A stretch of 64,000 nt of DNA from Candidatus Chisholmbacteria bacterium (GCA_963704905.1 CAVPHZ010000001.1:1089-65088); one strand, 5' to 3'. Numbered from the stretch's first letter, positions 17,581 to 28,341 are shown. Notes: generated by a model from the sequence alone, not told the origin. Numbers and translations: made by a program.

Positions 17581-18850
17581 GGAAGTGAGTCGCACAGCTG
17601 ATACAAGGGTCGTAGGCTCGGATGAATTTTTCTATTTCGAATGAAATCTGATCTTTTTCCTCATCTATGTTTCCTTCAACAACTCCTATGAGATTTTTTT
17701 CAATGCTGATTTGATTTTGTCCTGTTGGAACAATAATGTCAGCGTGAGTCACCTTGCGATCTTTAATATCATACTTGTGATACAGCAATCCACGTGGAGC
17801 TTCGATTACTCCTATTCCAACGCCTTCTGTTTGTTGTGCTGTGATTAAATGCTCTTTGGGATAATCGGATTGTTTGTCGAGAATATCAAGACTTTCATCA
17901 ATGCAATGTAGAACTTCAATTGCTTGTGCTAGATTGTTGTGAAATATATTTGTTGATGGAAATTGTTCTAAAGCTGTTGCAGCATCTTGCTTGGCGCTTG
18001 GATGAAGAAGATCTTTATTCAAGTTCATTCTTGGTAGCGCTCCAACCATGAACCTGTTTCCCTGAAATTTATATCCCGATGCTTGTGAATATGGAATAAC
18101 TGTGTGGTCGAGATACTCGCGGATATTTTCCTCTTCTATCTTCTGACCTTTACTTGAAGTAACTTTCCCTTCCAAAAAATCGTAGTCGTTTCCCTTCAGT
18201 GCAACAAATGTCGTATCGTCCAGATATTCAAATGGGCATCTATAAAATACTTCAATTAAACGGAGTGCAGCAGGACGAGCTTCTTTGAGCATTCCAATAG
18301 ATTTTTCAATTTCGGCTTTTTCAGGATACTTAGAAAAACCTCCAACCATTGGGTATGGAGCATGGACGCTCCTGCCTCCAAAGGTAATTGATAGTTGGTT
18401 ACCCGCAGCTTTTATTATAAATGTATCGTGAAGGAGCTGATGTTCTTTTTCATCGTTTTCATCAAATTCCAATATCGAATCTTTTCCTAATACATCTGGA
18501 AGTGAAAAAACATAGAGGTGAAGACCGTGATCTCGTATGTTTAAGCCATTGTTTACTAGTCTGCGCATGCGTTTTGTTTGGTTTGATGGAATAATTCCAA
18601 CTCCTTTTTCCACCGCTTCAATACTGCAAAGCAGATGGGCGTTGGAGCAGGTTCCACAGATCCGAGCGACAAGTTGCGGTACTCCCATGACATCTTTACC
18701 TCGAATCGCTTGTGTGTAGAAACGCTTGAAATCGGTGAGTTGAAAATGAAGCTCTTCAACTTTTCCATTTCGAACCTTCACGTCCATGCCTGCATTGCCC
18801 TCAATCTTGCTGATTTCTTCTACTGATAGGTCAAAATTTGACTGATGCAT
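17561..18850 (-). CDS. [NiFe]-hydrogenase large subunit, group 3b-related
   Basis: L1 RICGTCSNAH, EAPRG, L2 DPCISCATH followed by a 7-aa extension. Confidence 0.92.
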   Translation of the reverse strand: MHQSNFDLSVEEISKIEGNAGMDVKVRNGKVEELHFQLTDFKRFYTQAIRGKDVMGVPQLVARICGTCSNAHLLCSIEAVEKGVGIIPSNQTKRMRRLVNNGLNIRDHGLHLYVFSLPDVLGKDSILEFDENDEKEHQLLHDTFIIKAAGNQLSITFGGRSVHAPYPMVGGFSKYPEKAEIEKSIGMLKEARPAALRLIEVFYRCPFEYLDDTTFVALKGNDYDFLEGKVTSSKGQKIEEENIREYLDHTVIPYSQASGYKFQGNRFMVGALPRMNLNKDLLHPSAKQDAATALEQFPSTNIFHNNLAQAIEVLHCIDESLDILDKQSDYPKEHLITAQQTEGVGIGVIEAPRGLLYHKYDIKDRKVTHADIIVPTGQNQISIEKNLIGVVEGNIDEEKDQISFEIEKFIRAYDPCISCATHFLKIRWL

Positions 18851-18875
18851 ACCTATGGATTCTAAATCTTAGCCG

Positions 18876-19409
18876 TTAACCGTTTGGCGATTGATCTGTT
18901 TGCTTTTCTCCTTCTTGAGATGGTGTAGTAATATTAAACTTCTCTAGTGCTTGAGCTAATACTGCCATGAACGTATCTGTATCCATAGGACAACCTGGTA
19001 CTATTGCATCAACTTGTACGACTTCGTTAAGTTTCATAACTTTTTCTGCATAGTTAAACTTCTCAAGAATGTGTTGTATCTCTGCTTTGGTTGTATCATC
19101 AAATAAATTTCTCTGAGCTGATGGGAATCCAGTTACTGCGCATGAGCCAATTGCGACTAGCATTTTCGAGACGCCTCTGATTTGTCGTAGTTTTTCAGCT
19201 TGAGATTCGCTTGAAATAGCCCCCTCGACAAAGGCAACGTCAAGTTCGTCAAGTACATTTTTTGTTTGCAATACTTTAGCGTGTCGGATATCGAGAATCT
19301 TTTTCCACTCGAAGAAGTGCTCGTTGAGCAGTTCGGTCATCATAATAGTTGAATCTTCACAGCAGGTGAAGCTAAACCAACCAATACGGAGTTTTTTTTG
19401 CTGTTCCAT
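18876..19409 (-). CDS. [NiFe]-hydrogenase small subunit (N-terminal domain only)
   Basis: TCCED, VEGA, GSCA, PGCP; no C-terminal FeS domain. Confidence 0.85.
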   Translation of the reverse strand: MEQQKKLRIGWFSFTCCEDSTIMMTELLNEHFFEWKKILDIRHAKVLQTKNVLDELDVAFVEGAISSESQAEKLRQIRGVSKMLVAIGSCAVTGFPSAQRNLFDDTTKAEIQHILEKFNYAEKVMKLNEVVQVDAIVPGCPMDTDTFMAVLAQALEKFNITTPSQEGEKQTDQSPNG

Positions 19410-19410
19410 G

Positions 19411-19629
19411 CTATTTCTTTTTTAAAAATGGGAATTTATACTTCACGATACCCAGGAGATAAAATATCTCAAGTACACCAAACGTTTGAATCAGAAGGAG
19501 GGCGATAAACCATTTCTTGTCATCTCGGTTTGCTGACACCCACAGTGCTAAACCTTTCCAAGGAACTGACCATAGCTGGAGAATGAGGATGAGCCAAGGA
19601 TTTTGATTAATGAGTTGTTGAATGTTCAT
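19411..19629 (-). CDS. DUF5652 family membrane protein
   Basis: WKGLALW..A...KKWFIALL..T.G.LEI.Y. Confidence 0.85.
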   Translation of the reverse strand: MNIQQLINQNPWLILILQLWSVPWKGLALWVSANRDDKKWFIALLLIQTFGVLEIFYLLGIVKYKFPFLKKK

Positions 19630-19683
19630 TTCTCTTTCTACAATTGTGTAGAATTTTATATAACTCGATTGTAAAATTGAGTG

Positions 19684-20250
19684 CTATCCACGACTATATT
19701 TACCTACCAAACTTGTCTGAGCAATAATATGTCCTTCCATCGCTGCTTCGAGCGTCGCTTTTGTTGTTCCTGAAGAAAGCTCTAGTATCGTGTCAAGGGC
19801 GTAGAGTTTGAAGAAATAACGATGCTCCTGACCGGATGGAGGACAAGGCCCACCATAGGAGTTATTACCAAAATCATTCAGACCTTGTATTGAGCTTGGT
19901 GGAGGGCTTCCCTCCGGGATTTGATCGAACTGTGGTGGAATATCAAATATAATCCAATGAACCCAGGTTTTTACTGGTGCGTCAGGATCATCGATAATTA
20001 ATGCCAAACTCTTTGTTTCTTCTGGTATTCCTGAAAAGCTTAAGGATGGATTGATATTTTCTCCATCGCAGGTATATTTTCTTGGAATACTTTCATTGTC
20101 ATTAAATACTGTGCTTGAAATGTGTAATGGGTTCATAATTTTCTCAACCTGATTAGTACTCGGTTTTATCTGGCTATTGATATGAAGGCTATTGCAGCCT
20201 GATAGAAGCATAGCAAAAACGAAGAAAGTTGATAAGTGCCTCCGATTCAT
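19684..20250 (-). CDS. YbhB/YbcL Raf kinase inhibitor-like (PEBP) lipoprotein
   Basis: Lipobox LLSGC, DDPDAP, WVHW, YGGPCPP, HRYFF. Confidence 0.9.
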   Translation of the reverse strand: MNRRHLSTFFVFAMLLSGCNSLHINSQIKPSTNQVEKIMNPLHISSTVFNDNESIPRKYTCDGENINPSLSFSGIPEETKSLALIIDDPDAPVKTWVHWIIFDIPPQFDQIPEGSPPPSSIQGLNDFGNNSYGGPCPPSGQEHRYFFKLYALDTILELSSGTTKATLEAAMEGHIIAQTSLVGKYSRG

Positions 20251-20517
20251 CTAATTTTTTCTTTTTCCAAGATCCTTACTTGATAAGGTCATTGCAAGCA
20301 TCTTACCCAGCTCTAGAGAAAATTTCTGTGCCTGATTTTTACTCATCCCTATTCGGGCTACAATTCGAATATTTCCGGTGTTCCCTAGGCGTTGCATGAC
20401 ATCAAATACCACCCCATCTTGATTTGCTGTGATACCAATGTTATCTGTGTACAGTATTGGCGTTTTATCTAGGTTAATATTAACTCGAGTGTTTGAAGAT
20501 TCCTTTTGTTCTGCCAA
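20251..20517 (-). CDS. DUF3467-like small protein
   Basis: PILYTDN...VVFD...VARIGMS. Confidence 0.6.
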   Translation of the reverse strand: MAEQKESSNTRVNINLDKTPILYTDNIGITANQDGVVFDVMQRLGNTGNIRIVARIGMSKNQAQKFSLELGKMLAMTLSSKDLGKRKN

Positions 20518-20541
20518 GCTTACTCACTTCCTTTCTTATTT

Positions 20542-20787
20542 TTATTTTACGTTAAGCTTCTCAGTGAGTTCGTTATTTGAGGGTTCAACAAAGATATCAC
20601 CATCAGGAAAAATAATAGTTGGGATGGATTTCAACCCATTATTTATTTTTATAACAAATTCATAAGCACCTGGTTCGGAGTCAACATCATGATATTCATA
20701 GTCAACTTGATGCTTATCTAACAGACTCTTAGAACGAACGCAATCTCCACACCAAGCTGCGCCGTAGAATTGAATCTTTTTGTTCAT
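20542..20787 (-). CDS. Glutaredoxin/NrdH/mycoredoxin-like protein
   Basis: WCGDC, IPTIIFPDG. Confidence 0.9.
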   Translation of the reverse strand: MNKKIQFYGAAWCGDCVRSKSLLDKHQVDYEYHDVDSEPGAYEFVIKINNGLKSIPTIIFPDGDIFVEPSNNELTEKLNVK

Positions 20788-20798
20788 GCAGATCCATT

Positions 20799-21404
20799 TT
20801 ACCTTGCTGTGTCGAGTCTTTTCTGAACCTCATTCCAATTTACAACATTCCACCATGCTTCGATATACTCCGCACGACGATTCTGGTATTTGAGATAATA
20901 GGCATGCTCCCATACGTCTATCCCTAGCAGAGGAGTATTTCCTTTCATGATAGGTGTATCTTGATTTGGAGTCGAGCAGACATGCAGCTCTCCCTGTTCT
21001 AGCGTTAACCATGCCCAACCACTTCCAAATCGAGTTAAAGCAGAATTTGTGAACTCTTTCTTGAAATTTTCAAAACTCCCAAAACTTGCTATGATCTCGT
21101 CTGAGAGTGAACCCTCAGGCTTGCCACCCGCTTTTGCGGATAAGCTTAACCAAAACAGTGAGTGATTTGCATGCCCCCCGCCGTTATTCTGAACTGCAGT
21201 TCGTATCTCTTCTGGAAGTTGGGAAAGATTTGATAAGATTGTATTAATATCTTGGTTTGCTAGATCTTCTCTCCCTTCCAGTGCAGTGTTTAGTTTGCTG
21301 ACGTACCCCGCATGATGTTTGCTGTGATGAATAGTCATCGTTTGCTCATCGATGTGAGGTTCTAACGCTTTATATGCGTAAGGTAATTCTGGTAATGTAT
21401 ACAT
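20799..21404 (-). CDS. sodA: Fe/Mn superoxide dismutase
   Basis: [32 protein letters not shown]; AGGAGGTG RBS. Confidence 0.95.
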   Translation of the reverse strand: MYTLPELPYAYKALEPHIDEQTMTIHHSKHHAGYVSKLNTALEGREDLANQDINTILSNLSQLPEEIRTAVQNNGGGHANHSLFWLSLSAKAGGKPEGSLSDEIIASFGSFENFKKEFTNSALTRFGSGWAWLTLEQGELHVCSTPNQDTPIMKGNTPLLGIDVWEHAYYLKYQNRRAEYIEAWWNVVNWNEVQKRLDTAR

Positions 21405-21556
21405 TTCTTTCACCTCCTTTCGGTGATTCTGATATTTACCGTTTAGTATAGATTGTTGTGACACGAGATGCTGTGACTTTTGTTACAAGATTACTTTTCA
21501 ACTCTTCAACTTTTCAATCTCCAGTGGTTATCTCTTTGTCGTGTTAGAATGAACTC

Positions 21557-21988
21557 ATGGGATCGTTACTGCTTTTTCTCCAAGTGGGTTTGATATTCTT
21601 CCAATTTTTGTTTAGCGATCTGATTTCCGTGTTTCTTTTTCCTCATTTGTTACTACTTTTCATAGTTGGAATTGGAGTAGCGCTTTGGGGCTTTTTCAGC
21701 CTCGGCCGCTCATATTCCCCACTTCCGAAACCAAAAGAGGATAATCAGCTTTCACAGCGAGGTGTGTATCGGTTTATTCGGCATCCTATTTATACTGGTC
21801 TTTTTTTGATTTGTCTGTCTTTCTTACTATCAAGGATACATGCGCTTTCGATCATCACCTTTGGGTTAGTTGTTTATATCACAAATAAAAAGGCCAATCT
21901 TGAAGAAGATTTATTAATCAAAAAACATCCAACATATAAAACATATAGAAAGTCGGTTCGAAAATTCTTTCCTTTTGATCTCAGTTAA
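21557..21988 (+). CDS. Isoprenylcysteine carboxyl methyltransferase/PEMT-like protein
   Basis: GVYRFIRHPIYTG, EE..L. Confidence 0.85.
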   Translation: MGSLLLFLQVGLIFFQFLFSDLISVFLFPHLLLLFIVGIGVALWGFFSLGRSYSPLPKPKEDNQLSQRGVYRFIRHPIYTGLFLICLSFLLSRIHALSIITFGLVVYITNKKANLEEDLLIKKHPTYKTYRKSVRKFFPFDLS

Positions 21989-23031
21989 TTCTGCTTTAGA
22001 TGCACCACTTGTTGTGGAAAAGGCACTTCTATCTTTTCTTTTTGTAGGCGCTTAGTAATGGCTTTAACTAGCTCGTGAATGGTTCTCCCTCGCTTGGAGG
22101 GCTGGGCAATAGTTCCCATAACCTCAAGTTCAACAGCAAAATCTCCAAATTTTCTGAATCTCACTCTTGGCTTTGGATCTTTTAAGATATATTTCTGGGC
22201 ACTGGTAACATCAACAAGAATGTTTTCTACTTTATCAAGATCAGCGCTGTATGAAACTCCAAGAGGTACCCGTATTCGAAGTTCTGGGTTCAGACCTGTC
22301 TCGTTGATTACTGCGTCGGTTGCCAAAATAGAATTTGGAACAGTGAGGAGAACATTATCTCTTGTCCGAATTTTTGTACTCCGCATGCCTATCTGTATCA
22401 CTTCTCCGCGGTATGTGTCTTTGATGATGACATAATCGCCGGTCTTATATGGCTTGTCTAAAAATATTGAAACTCCACCAAAGATATTGGCTACTGTGTC
22501 TTTAGCTGCAAATGCCACTGCAATACCAACTACTCCGGCGGATGCCAATGCAGGAGTAATGTTTATCCCCCAAACTGAAAGAATGGTAAGAATAATAATA
22601 ATTGCAGCTGCGATAATGACTACGTTATCGAGAAATGGTAACAGATCTCCGATACTATTTTGTTGTCCGTCTTCAATCTTTTCTTCTAACTTCGTAAAGA
22701 ATATCCGAGAGATTCCGATTCCTGCAATTCCCCAAAAAATGATTCCTGCAGTGACCAGCGTATTGTTTATCGGATCTAGTGCCTTTTCTGGTAATCCAAA
22801 CGTTTGAGCGGTAATATACCCTCCGATAAGTATCACGCTCCAAAATACTGGTTGTTTGGTAACGTTGATGATCTGATCATCGATTTTCGTTTTTGTTGTA
22901 CCAACCAGACTCAGGAGGATTTTTTCAAATACCCATTTCACAATTTTCCCAGCAATGATCGTTCCTGCGAGAATACTTATTGCTGATAGATATGGTGGTG
23001 CTCCACTTTGAAGAATGTCTTGCATTATCAA
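21985..23031 (-). CDS. Mechanosensitive channel MscS family
   Basis: AFAAKDTVANIFGG, PYKTGD, VPNS, PFPQ. Confidence 0.92.
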   Translation of the reverse strand: MIMQDILQSGAPPYLSAISILAGTIIAGKIVKWVFEKILLSLVGTTKTKIDDQIINVTKQPVFWSVILIGGYITAQTFGLPEKALDPINNTLVTAGIIFWGIAGIGISRIFFTKLEEKIEDGQQNSIGDLLPFLDNVVIIAAAIIIILTILSVWGINITPALASAGVVGIAVAFAAKDTVANIFGGVSIFLDKPYKTGDYVIIKDTYRGEVIQIGMRSTKIRTRDNVLLTVPNSILATDAVINETGLNPELRIRVPLGVSYSADLDKVENILVDVTSAQKYILKDPKPRVRFRKFGDFAVELEVMGTIAQPSKRGRTIHELVKAITKRLQKEKIEVPFPQQVVHLKQN

Positions 23032-23115
23032 TAATATAACATAACTTATTTTAGACTCGTTTTAATATTTTTAAGAAAGTAAAACGGTGATCAATTTATT
23101 TCAAAAATGACTACA

Positions 23116-23337
23116 TCAATTCAGATTTGGTTTCTTAGGAGGCGTTGCATCAATAGGTCTTTGATGAGGTTTTTTTCCAGCTTGTCTTTTTTTAGCTTCT
23201 TCGGTTGTGAACACCCTGGCCCAACTTATCTTTCCGTTTTCGTCTCTCACCGGAGTATATTTTCCTTTATCATCTAGTGGTACTTCTGGCATTGCATCTT
23301 TTGGCTCAGGTTGTGGTGACTCTATGTCATCTTGCAT
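23116..23337 (-). CDS. Small hypothetical protein
   Basis: Open frame from MQDDIESPQ; Pro/Lys-rich; start uncertain. Confidence 0.45.
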   Translation of the reverse strand: MQDDIESPQPEPKDAMPEVPLDDKGKYTPVRDENGKISWARVFTTEEAKKRQAGKKPHQRPIDATPPKKPNLN

Positions 23338-23419
23338 ACTCTTCAATTCGTTTTCTTTGTAATTTCTACAAACGTAGAATAATTCATCAATAATTAATGC
23401 TATATGATATTCTTCAACC

Positions 23420-24268
23420 ATGCAAATTGGATGTCATGTTTCGATTTCTGGAGGGTTGGATAAAAGTATTGATCGCGCGGTAGAGCGAGGTGCAAACTGT
23501 CTGCAATCATTCGCTAGCTCTCCAAGATCATTAAAAACAACCTCATTTGATGACCATGTGGTGGATCAATATCGAATAAAGAAAAAAGAATCTGGAATTG
23601 GGGAGCATTATTTCCATGCTCCATATCTAATAAATCTGGCTCATGAGAATAAAAGCTACGTTACGGCTTCAGTAGAAACACTCATCTTTTATCAGCAATT
23701 TTCTGGCGGTATCCATGGTTCTGGCACGATTGTTCATGTTGGAAGTCATAAAGGTCGTGGGTTTGAATCAGTCCAGCCAGCTGTTTCACGAGCAATCGTT
23801 GAGGTGTTAGAGCAAACTCCTAGTGGTGTACGATTGTTACTTGAAAATGCTGCTGGACAAAAGGGTGTCATTGGTGATTCTTTTGATGAGCTGGAAGTGC
23901 TTATTGCATCGGTTCCGAAGAAACTTCAATTAAAAATTGGGATTTGTCTTGATAGCCAACATGCTTTCGCGAGTGGACATGATGTACGAACCAAGGAGGG
24001 AGTAGATCGAATGCTTTCGGTTTTTGATAACGTTATTGGATTGGAGTTTTTACATGTCATCCATGCGAATGACTCAAAGATCGAATTTAACAGTCATAGA
24101 GATCGGCACGAAAATATTGGTAGCGGTTTTATCGGAAAAGAAGGTTTTCGGCACTTGGTCAATCATCCAAAACTGAAACATCTCCCGTTTATACTCGAAG
24201 TTCCAGGTGAGAACCGCAGCGGTCCAAGAAAGATAGATGTTGAGGGTCTCAAACAACTGGTGGAATGA
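23420..24268 (+). CDS. nfo: Endonuclease IV
   Basis: IGCHVS, HAPYLINL, LENAAG, CLDSQH, HANDSK, DRHENIG. Confidence 0.95.
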   Translation: MQIGCHVSISGGLDKSIDRAVERGANCLQSFASSPRSLKTTSFDDHVVDQYRIKKKESGIGEHYFHAPYLINLAHENKSYVTASVETLIFYQQFSGGIHGSGTIVHVGSHKGRGFESVQPAVSRAIVEVLEQTPSGVRLLLENAAGQKGVIGDSFDELEVLIASVPKKLQLKIGICLDSQHAFASGHDVRTKEGVDRMLSVFDNVIGLEFLHVIHANDSKIEFNSHRDRHENIGSGFIGKEGFRHLVNHPKLKHLPFILEVPGENRSGPRKIDVEGLKQLVE

Positions 24269-24271
24269 TTC

Positions 24272-25135
24272 TCAGCGCTTAATGAATGCCAATAGTTTGG
24301 AAAGTTTGCTGTGCTCTTTAAGCGAGTTTATTAACACGACATATACTGCCCACATCATGACACCCGAGAAGACAAATTGACTGTCTTTTCCATAGATCTG
24401 AAACATTTCTCCACCAACGGCAGGGCCGACGATCCTGCCAATACTTCCCGATGATTGTAATAAACCCAAAACACCTCCATATTCCTCTGGTGACACAGTT
24501 TCTGAAGCAAGTGCTTGAATAGTTGGATTTTGAAATACCGTTTCCAAATGCGATAAACAAGATAGAAACATACGCCATCTTCGCTACAGTACTAAAATGA
24601 AGCAGAAACAATCCTACTCCTAATAACAACACACCGCCTTGCAGCAGCTTTCGCTCACCAAAGTGGCTCACTAGTTTTGGTAGTAATGCGAGTTGGGTTA
24701 TAACGCTGATTACTCCAGCAAAAGAGAATAGCCAGCCTGTTTCTCTTGGCCCGTATTGGAATGTTCCTTGCGTCCATAATGCAAAGGTTGCCGTCATTGC
24801 AGAGAATGCAAAGTTGATAAGTAGAAATGAGATTATGAGTACACCGATAGGTTGTGCCCGAAGCACTTCCATGAGAGGCTTGAGAGAAAAGGCAGACTTT
24901 TCTTGTTGAGCTGTTTTCGCTATATCCACAGTTTCTTTCAAGAAAAATAATGTGGTTATTACAGAGAGCATTGAGACAGCTGCCGCAAAAAAGGCTGGAG
25001 TAGAATAACTTATGGTTGAAAGCAGATCACCAATCGCTGGTCCGAGAATAAAACCGATGCCAAAAGCGGCTCCGATAAGTCCCATACCTTTAGCACGATT
25101 CTTTTTGGCGGAGTTAGCAATGGTTTTTTGGACAT
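24272..25135 (-). pseudogene. TetA-like (DHA1) MFS transporter, internally deleted and frameshifted
   Basis: MSKKPLLT start joins out of frame to NRAKGMGLIGAAFGIGFILGP; second shift near 24535. Confidence 0.75.
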
Positions 25136-25184
25136 AAGCAAAGATTATATCCGGTACTGGTTTATGCCGTCACTGAGGAAAGTA

Positions 25185-25820
25185 CTACTCACCCACATCG
25201 TGGAAGCGTTGTTCAATATCAATTGTTGTTTCTGGACCATGACCAGGGTAGATAATCATATTTTTTTGGAAACTCAATACTCTTGTGACTGAATCAGAAA
25301 GTTCATTTGGTTGACTGTAGGAAAAATCAGTTCTGCCTACACTTCCTCCGGAAAAGAGAAGATCTCCAACAATGATGATATTATCCGCCTTACTGGCAAG
25401 CGATACACTGCCAGGAGTATGGCCAGGAGTATGAAGAACTTTTAAACAGAGATTCTTTGTTTTTAACTCATCTTCGGGTTTGAGATAGTAATCAATTTTA
25501 GGAGGCGGGCCTGCCTCAATACCGGTAAAGTGGATAGATGTTTGGTTCATTCTTTTGACAAGAAATTCATCTTTTTTGTGAATGAGGAAGGGAATGTTGA
25601 ATGCGAGCTGAAGCTCCATTGCAGCCATGATGTGGTCAAAATGACCGTGTGTGGCAATTATCTTTACGGGAGATAAATGCAATTTTAATATTGTATTGGT
25701 GATGTATTCGGCATCATCTCCGGGATCGATGATCATTGTTTCTTTGGATTTGTTATCGTAAACGAGATAACAATTACTCTGAAGTTGGCCAACGACGAGT
25801 TGTTGTATTTTCATTAGCAC
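25185..25820 (-). CDS. MBL-fold metallo-hydrolase (glyoxalase II/YcbL-like)
   Basis: THGHFDH, TPGHTPG, GDLLF, PGHG. Confidence 0.92.
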   Translation of the reverse strand: MLMKIQQLVVGQLQSNCYLVYDNKSKETMIIDPGDDAEYITNTILKLHLSPVKIIATHGHFDHIMAAMELQLAFNIPFLIHKKDEFLVKRMNQTSIHFTGIEAGPPPKIDYYLKPEDELKTKNLCLKVLHTPGHTPGSVSLASKADNIIIVGDLLFSGGSVGRTDFSYSQPNELSDSVTRVLSFQKNMIIYPGHGPETTIDIEQRFHDVGE

Positions 25821-26392
25821 TATATTTCATTGATATCTATCGTTATGTGGGTGCCATCTTCTTCTTCATTTATAATGACTGCACCTTCGAAGTCGTTTTT
25901 TGATATTCCAAACACCGTTGCATTTGTAATATCTGTTCTCGTTGCGATGCTCCACCCAGTATCAATGAGATTTTGCTCATAATACTTCACAACATCTGAT
26001 AACGTATCAGAAGATCGTTGCTCTGTTACAGATCCGCTGTCTGTGGTAACTGTACTTTCTATTTCAGTGTCAGGGTATAAGGGAATCACATCTTGGATAT
26101 CAACCTTGCTTAATTGCGGACCTGCTGAAAACGTTGCTTCATCTGTACTTAGCATTATTTCCTCAGACAGATCCATTTCTGCTTCAGCTTCCTCTTCAAG
26201 AGATTGTTGATTGACTGATTGATCTTGTAGAGATTTTTGAGTTAAATATCTAGAGAGGTTTGTAAAAATACCATAAGCGACAACTGCTCCAGCAACAATG
26301 GTAATAAGCACCTCTACGAACTTTCGTTCCTGTTTCTGCTGATTGATACGAGTTGATTTACTTGAGGACGATTCTAGATGATCTTTTTTCAC
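25820..26392 (-). CDS. Single-TM hypothetical protein with acidic extracellular domain
   Basis: One TM helix; PLYP...YY...L...GW. Confidence 0.7.
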   Translation of the reverse strand: MKKDHLESSSSKSTRINQQKQERKFVEVLITIVAGAVVAYGIFTNLSRYLTQKSLQDQSVNQQSLEEEAEAEMDLSEEIMLSTDEATFSAGPQLSKVDIQDVIPLYPDTEIESTVTTDSGSVTEQRSSDTLSDVVKYYEQNLIDTGWSIATRTDITNATVFGISKNDFEGAVIINEEEDGTHITIDINEI

Positions 26393-26475
26393 TTATTCAC
26401 CTGATTTCACTCTCTTTTTATCATAGTTTTTGCTTTAACTGTAGGTGTAATCTGTGGCTATTGTACAATGGTGTA

Positions 26476-27192
26476 GTGGACGTATTGTATGTGGTTATTG
26501 CTTCTACTATTGCAGTTTTTATAGGTACGTTTTCTGGCTATGGTATCTCTATTGCTCTCGTACCAATCCTTACACTCGTTCTTCCGTTACCTGAGACTCT
26601 TTTCTATTCAAGCATTATTTATCTAGCTCATATGCTTCACAAAGTCAGTCAACTCAGAGAACATGCTCAACTTAATTTAGTCATTCAATTTGGATTGCTT
26701 GCATCGGTTTTCAGTCTGATTGGCGCTTTACTCATCAGTCTCATGCCGACAAGAGGGTTAGAACGATTACTTGGGTTATATGTACTAGCTTATATTGGGT
26801 TTATGCTTTTTGATCCAAAATTCCGAATCACAAATACCACGAATGTGACTTTAGTCGGTGCTATTTCATCAGGCTTTCTCTCTGGATTTTTTGGTTTTGC
26901 ACGGGCAGTTCAATCACTCGTTCTCTCGACATACGTACTTACCGAGTATGACCTCTTTGCAACGAGCACTTTGGTTACCTTGATGATAACGTTTGCCCGT
27001 ATGACGGGGTATTTCATCGGAGGAATTCGCCTCTCCTCAACATTGTTACTCGCAATGATCTTTTCGATTCCACTCTCATTTGTTGCTGAAGTCGTTGCGA
27101 AGCGTAGTTCATCTGGATTTTCTACTCGAAACGTTCGGATCGTAATTGGAGTTATCTTTTTTCTTCTCGGTCTTCGGTTAAGTTTTTTTTAA
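26476..27192 (+). CDS. Sulfite exporter TauE/SafE (TSUP) family
   Basis: GTFSGYG..ALVP and SGFLSGFFG repeats; GTG start 6 nt after TACAAT. Confidence 0.8.
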   Translation: MDVLYVVIASTIAVFIGTFSGYGISIALVPILTLVLPLPETLFYSSIIYLAHMLHKVSQLREHAQLNLVIQFGLLASVFSLIGALLISLMPTRGLERLLGLYVLAYIGFMLFDPKFRITNTTNVTLVGAISSGFLSGFFGFARAVQSLVLSTYVLTEYDLFATSTLVTLMITFARMTGYFIGGIRLSSTLLLAMIFSIPLSFVAEVVAKRSSSGFSTRNVRIVIGVIFFLLGLRLSFF

Positions 27193-27242
27193 CAAATTCA
27201 AATGTGATTGCGATTACTTTGTTGCACTTCTAGCGTGTTAGA

Positions 27243-27491
27243 ATGAGATTGATGAAATGCGAGATCAAGGAGCCGACTGAACTTGTGAATTTTGGAGCTA
27301 CAGGCGACCCTACAAGAAGAATACTCCTGCCGGCTCGGGCACATGATTGTTTACTTGCTAAAAATATTCCCATTGGTGAAAGTCTTGACATGTCTCATGT
27401 TGAACCTGGAAAATATAATGTTGCTGGTTTTCCGTTAAAATTTATCAGTATAGATGGTTCTCCAGCTAGGGTAGTTTTAATTAGTGAGTAA
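27243..27491 (+). pseudogene. Cyclase/kynurenine formamidase C-terminal fragment
   Basis: HDCLL..NIPIGESL..PLKF...DGSPARVV; N-terminal part missing. Confidence 0.6.
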
Positions 27492-27499
27492 AATTCAAT

Positions 27500-28341
27500 A
27501 TGTATATTGCAGTAGATGTTGGAGGCACGAGTACACGGATAGCTACATCTCGTGCTGGAAAAACTATTCATGATAAAGAGCGCTTTTCTACATCTCAGTC
27601 TTTCGAGATTGAAGTGAAGAGATTGTTCAAACAGTTAGAGAGCTTATTGGTCAGAATAAGTTAGATGGCGCTAGCGATTGGTGTTCCTGGAAGAATTGAT
27701 CATGATCGAATGTAGAGACTCTTTCGGTTCTCTAATTTACCTTCATGGAGTAATAAAGAAGTCTGTAAAATATTTCATAATGAACTCATGGCAAATATTC
27801 TACTCGCAAATGATGCTGAATTGGCAGCTTTAGGAGAAGCGACCATTGGTGCAGGAAAAAATCATCGAATTGTCGCATTTATCTACAGTAAGTACCGGGA
27901 TTGGAGGTTCACTTGTAATAGATAGGAAGCTTAGTCCCTGCTTGGACCAATACAGAACCAGGCACTATGTTTGTCTTCTTTGAAGAAGGGTCGGGTAATC
28001 AGATAACGAGCTGATTGGGAAGGACTATGGATCAGGACTAGCATTTGAAGAAACGCTATGGTAGTTTCTCCTGAAAAAAGTGCAATGATCCGATATATGT
28101 GGTAGAGCATGCTGCAAATTCTCGGACGGGGTGTAATTTCTGTTATACACGTGTGGTCTCCTGAAATTCTCGTTATTGGTGGAGGACTTTCACTAAAAGG
28201 AGAACTTCTTTTTGAACCGTTGAAAATTACGTTATGACCAATCTAACTTTGTTACCATCCACCCCAGCAGTAGTTCACGGAAAACTTGGTGATGATGCAG
28301 GGCTTTATGGTGGGTTTGCTCTTCTGAAGGAAAAAGAATAA
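27500..28341 (+). pseudogene. ROK-family sugar kinase with multiple frameshifts/stops
   Basis: MYIAVDVGGTSTR, IGVPG, ANDAELAALGEA, STGIGG, IGGGLS and LGDDAGLYG found in different frames. Confidence 0.85.

Noticed and set aside
27500-28341. Stop-codon reassignment (code 25) as explanation for broken ORFs
   Set aside because: Breaks are mostly frame changes, and intact genes end normally at TGA while using TGG for Trp.
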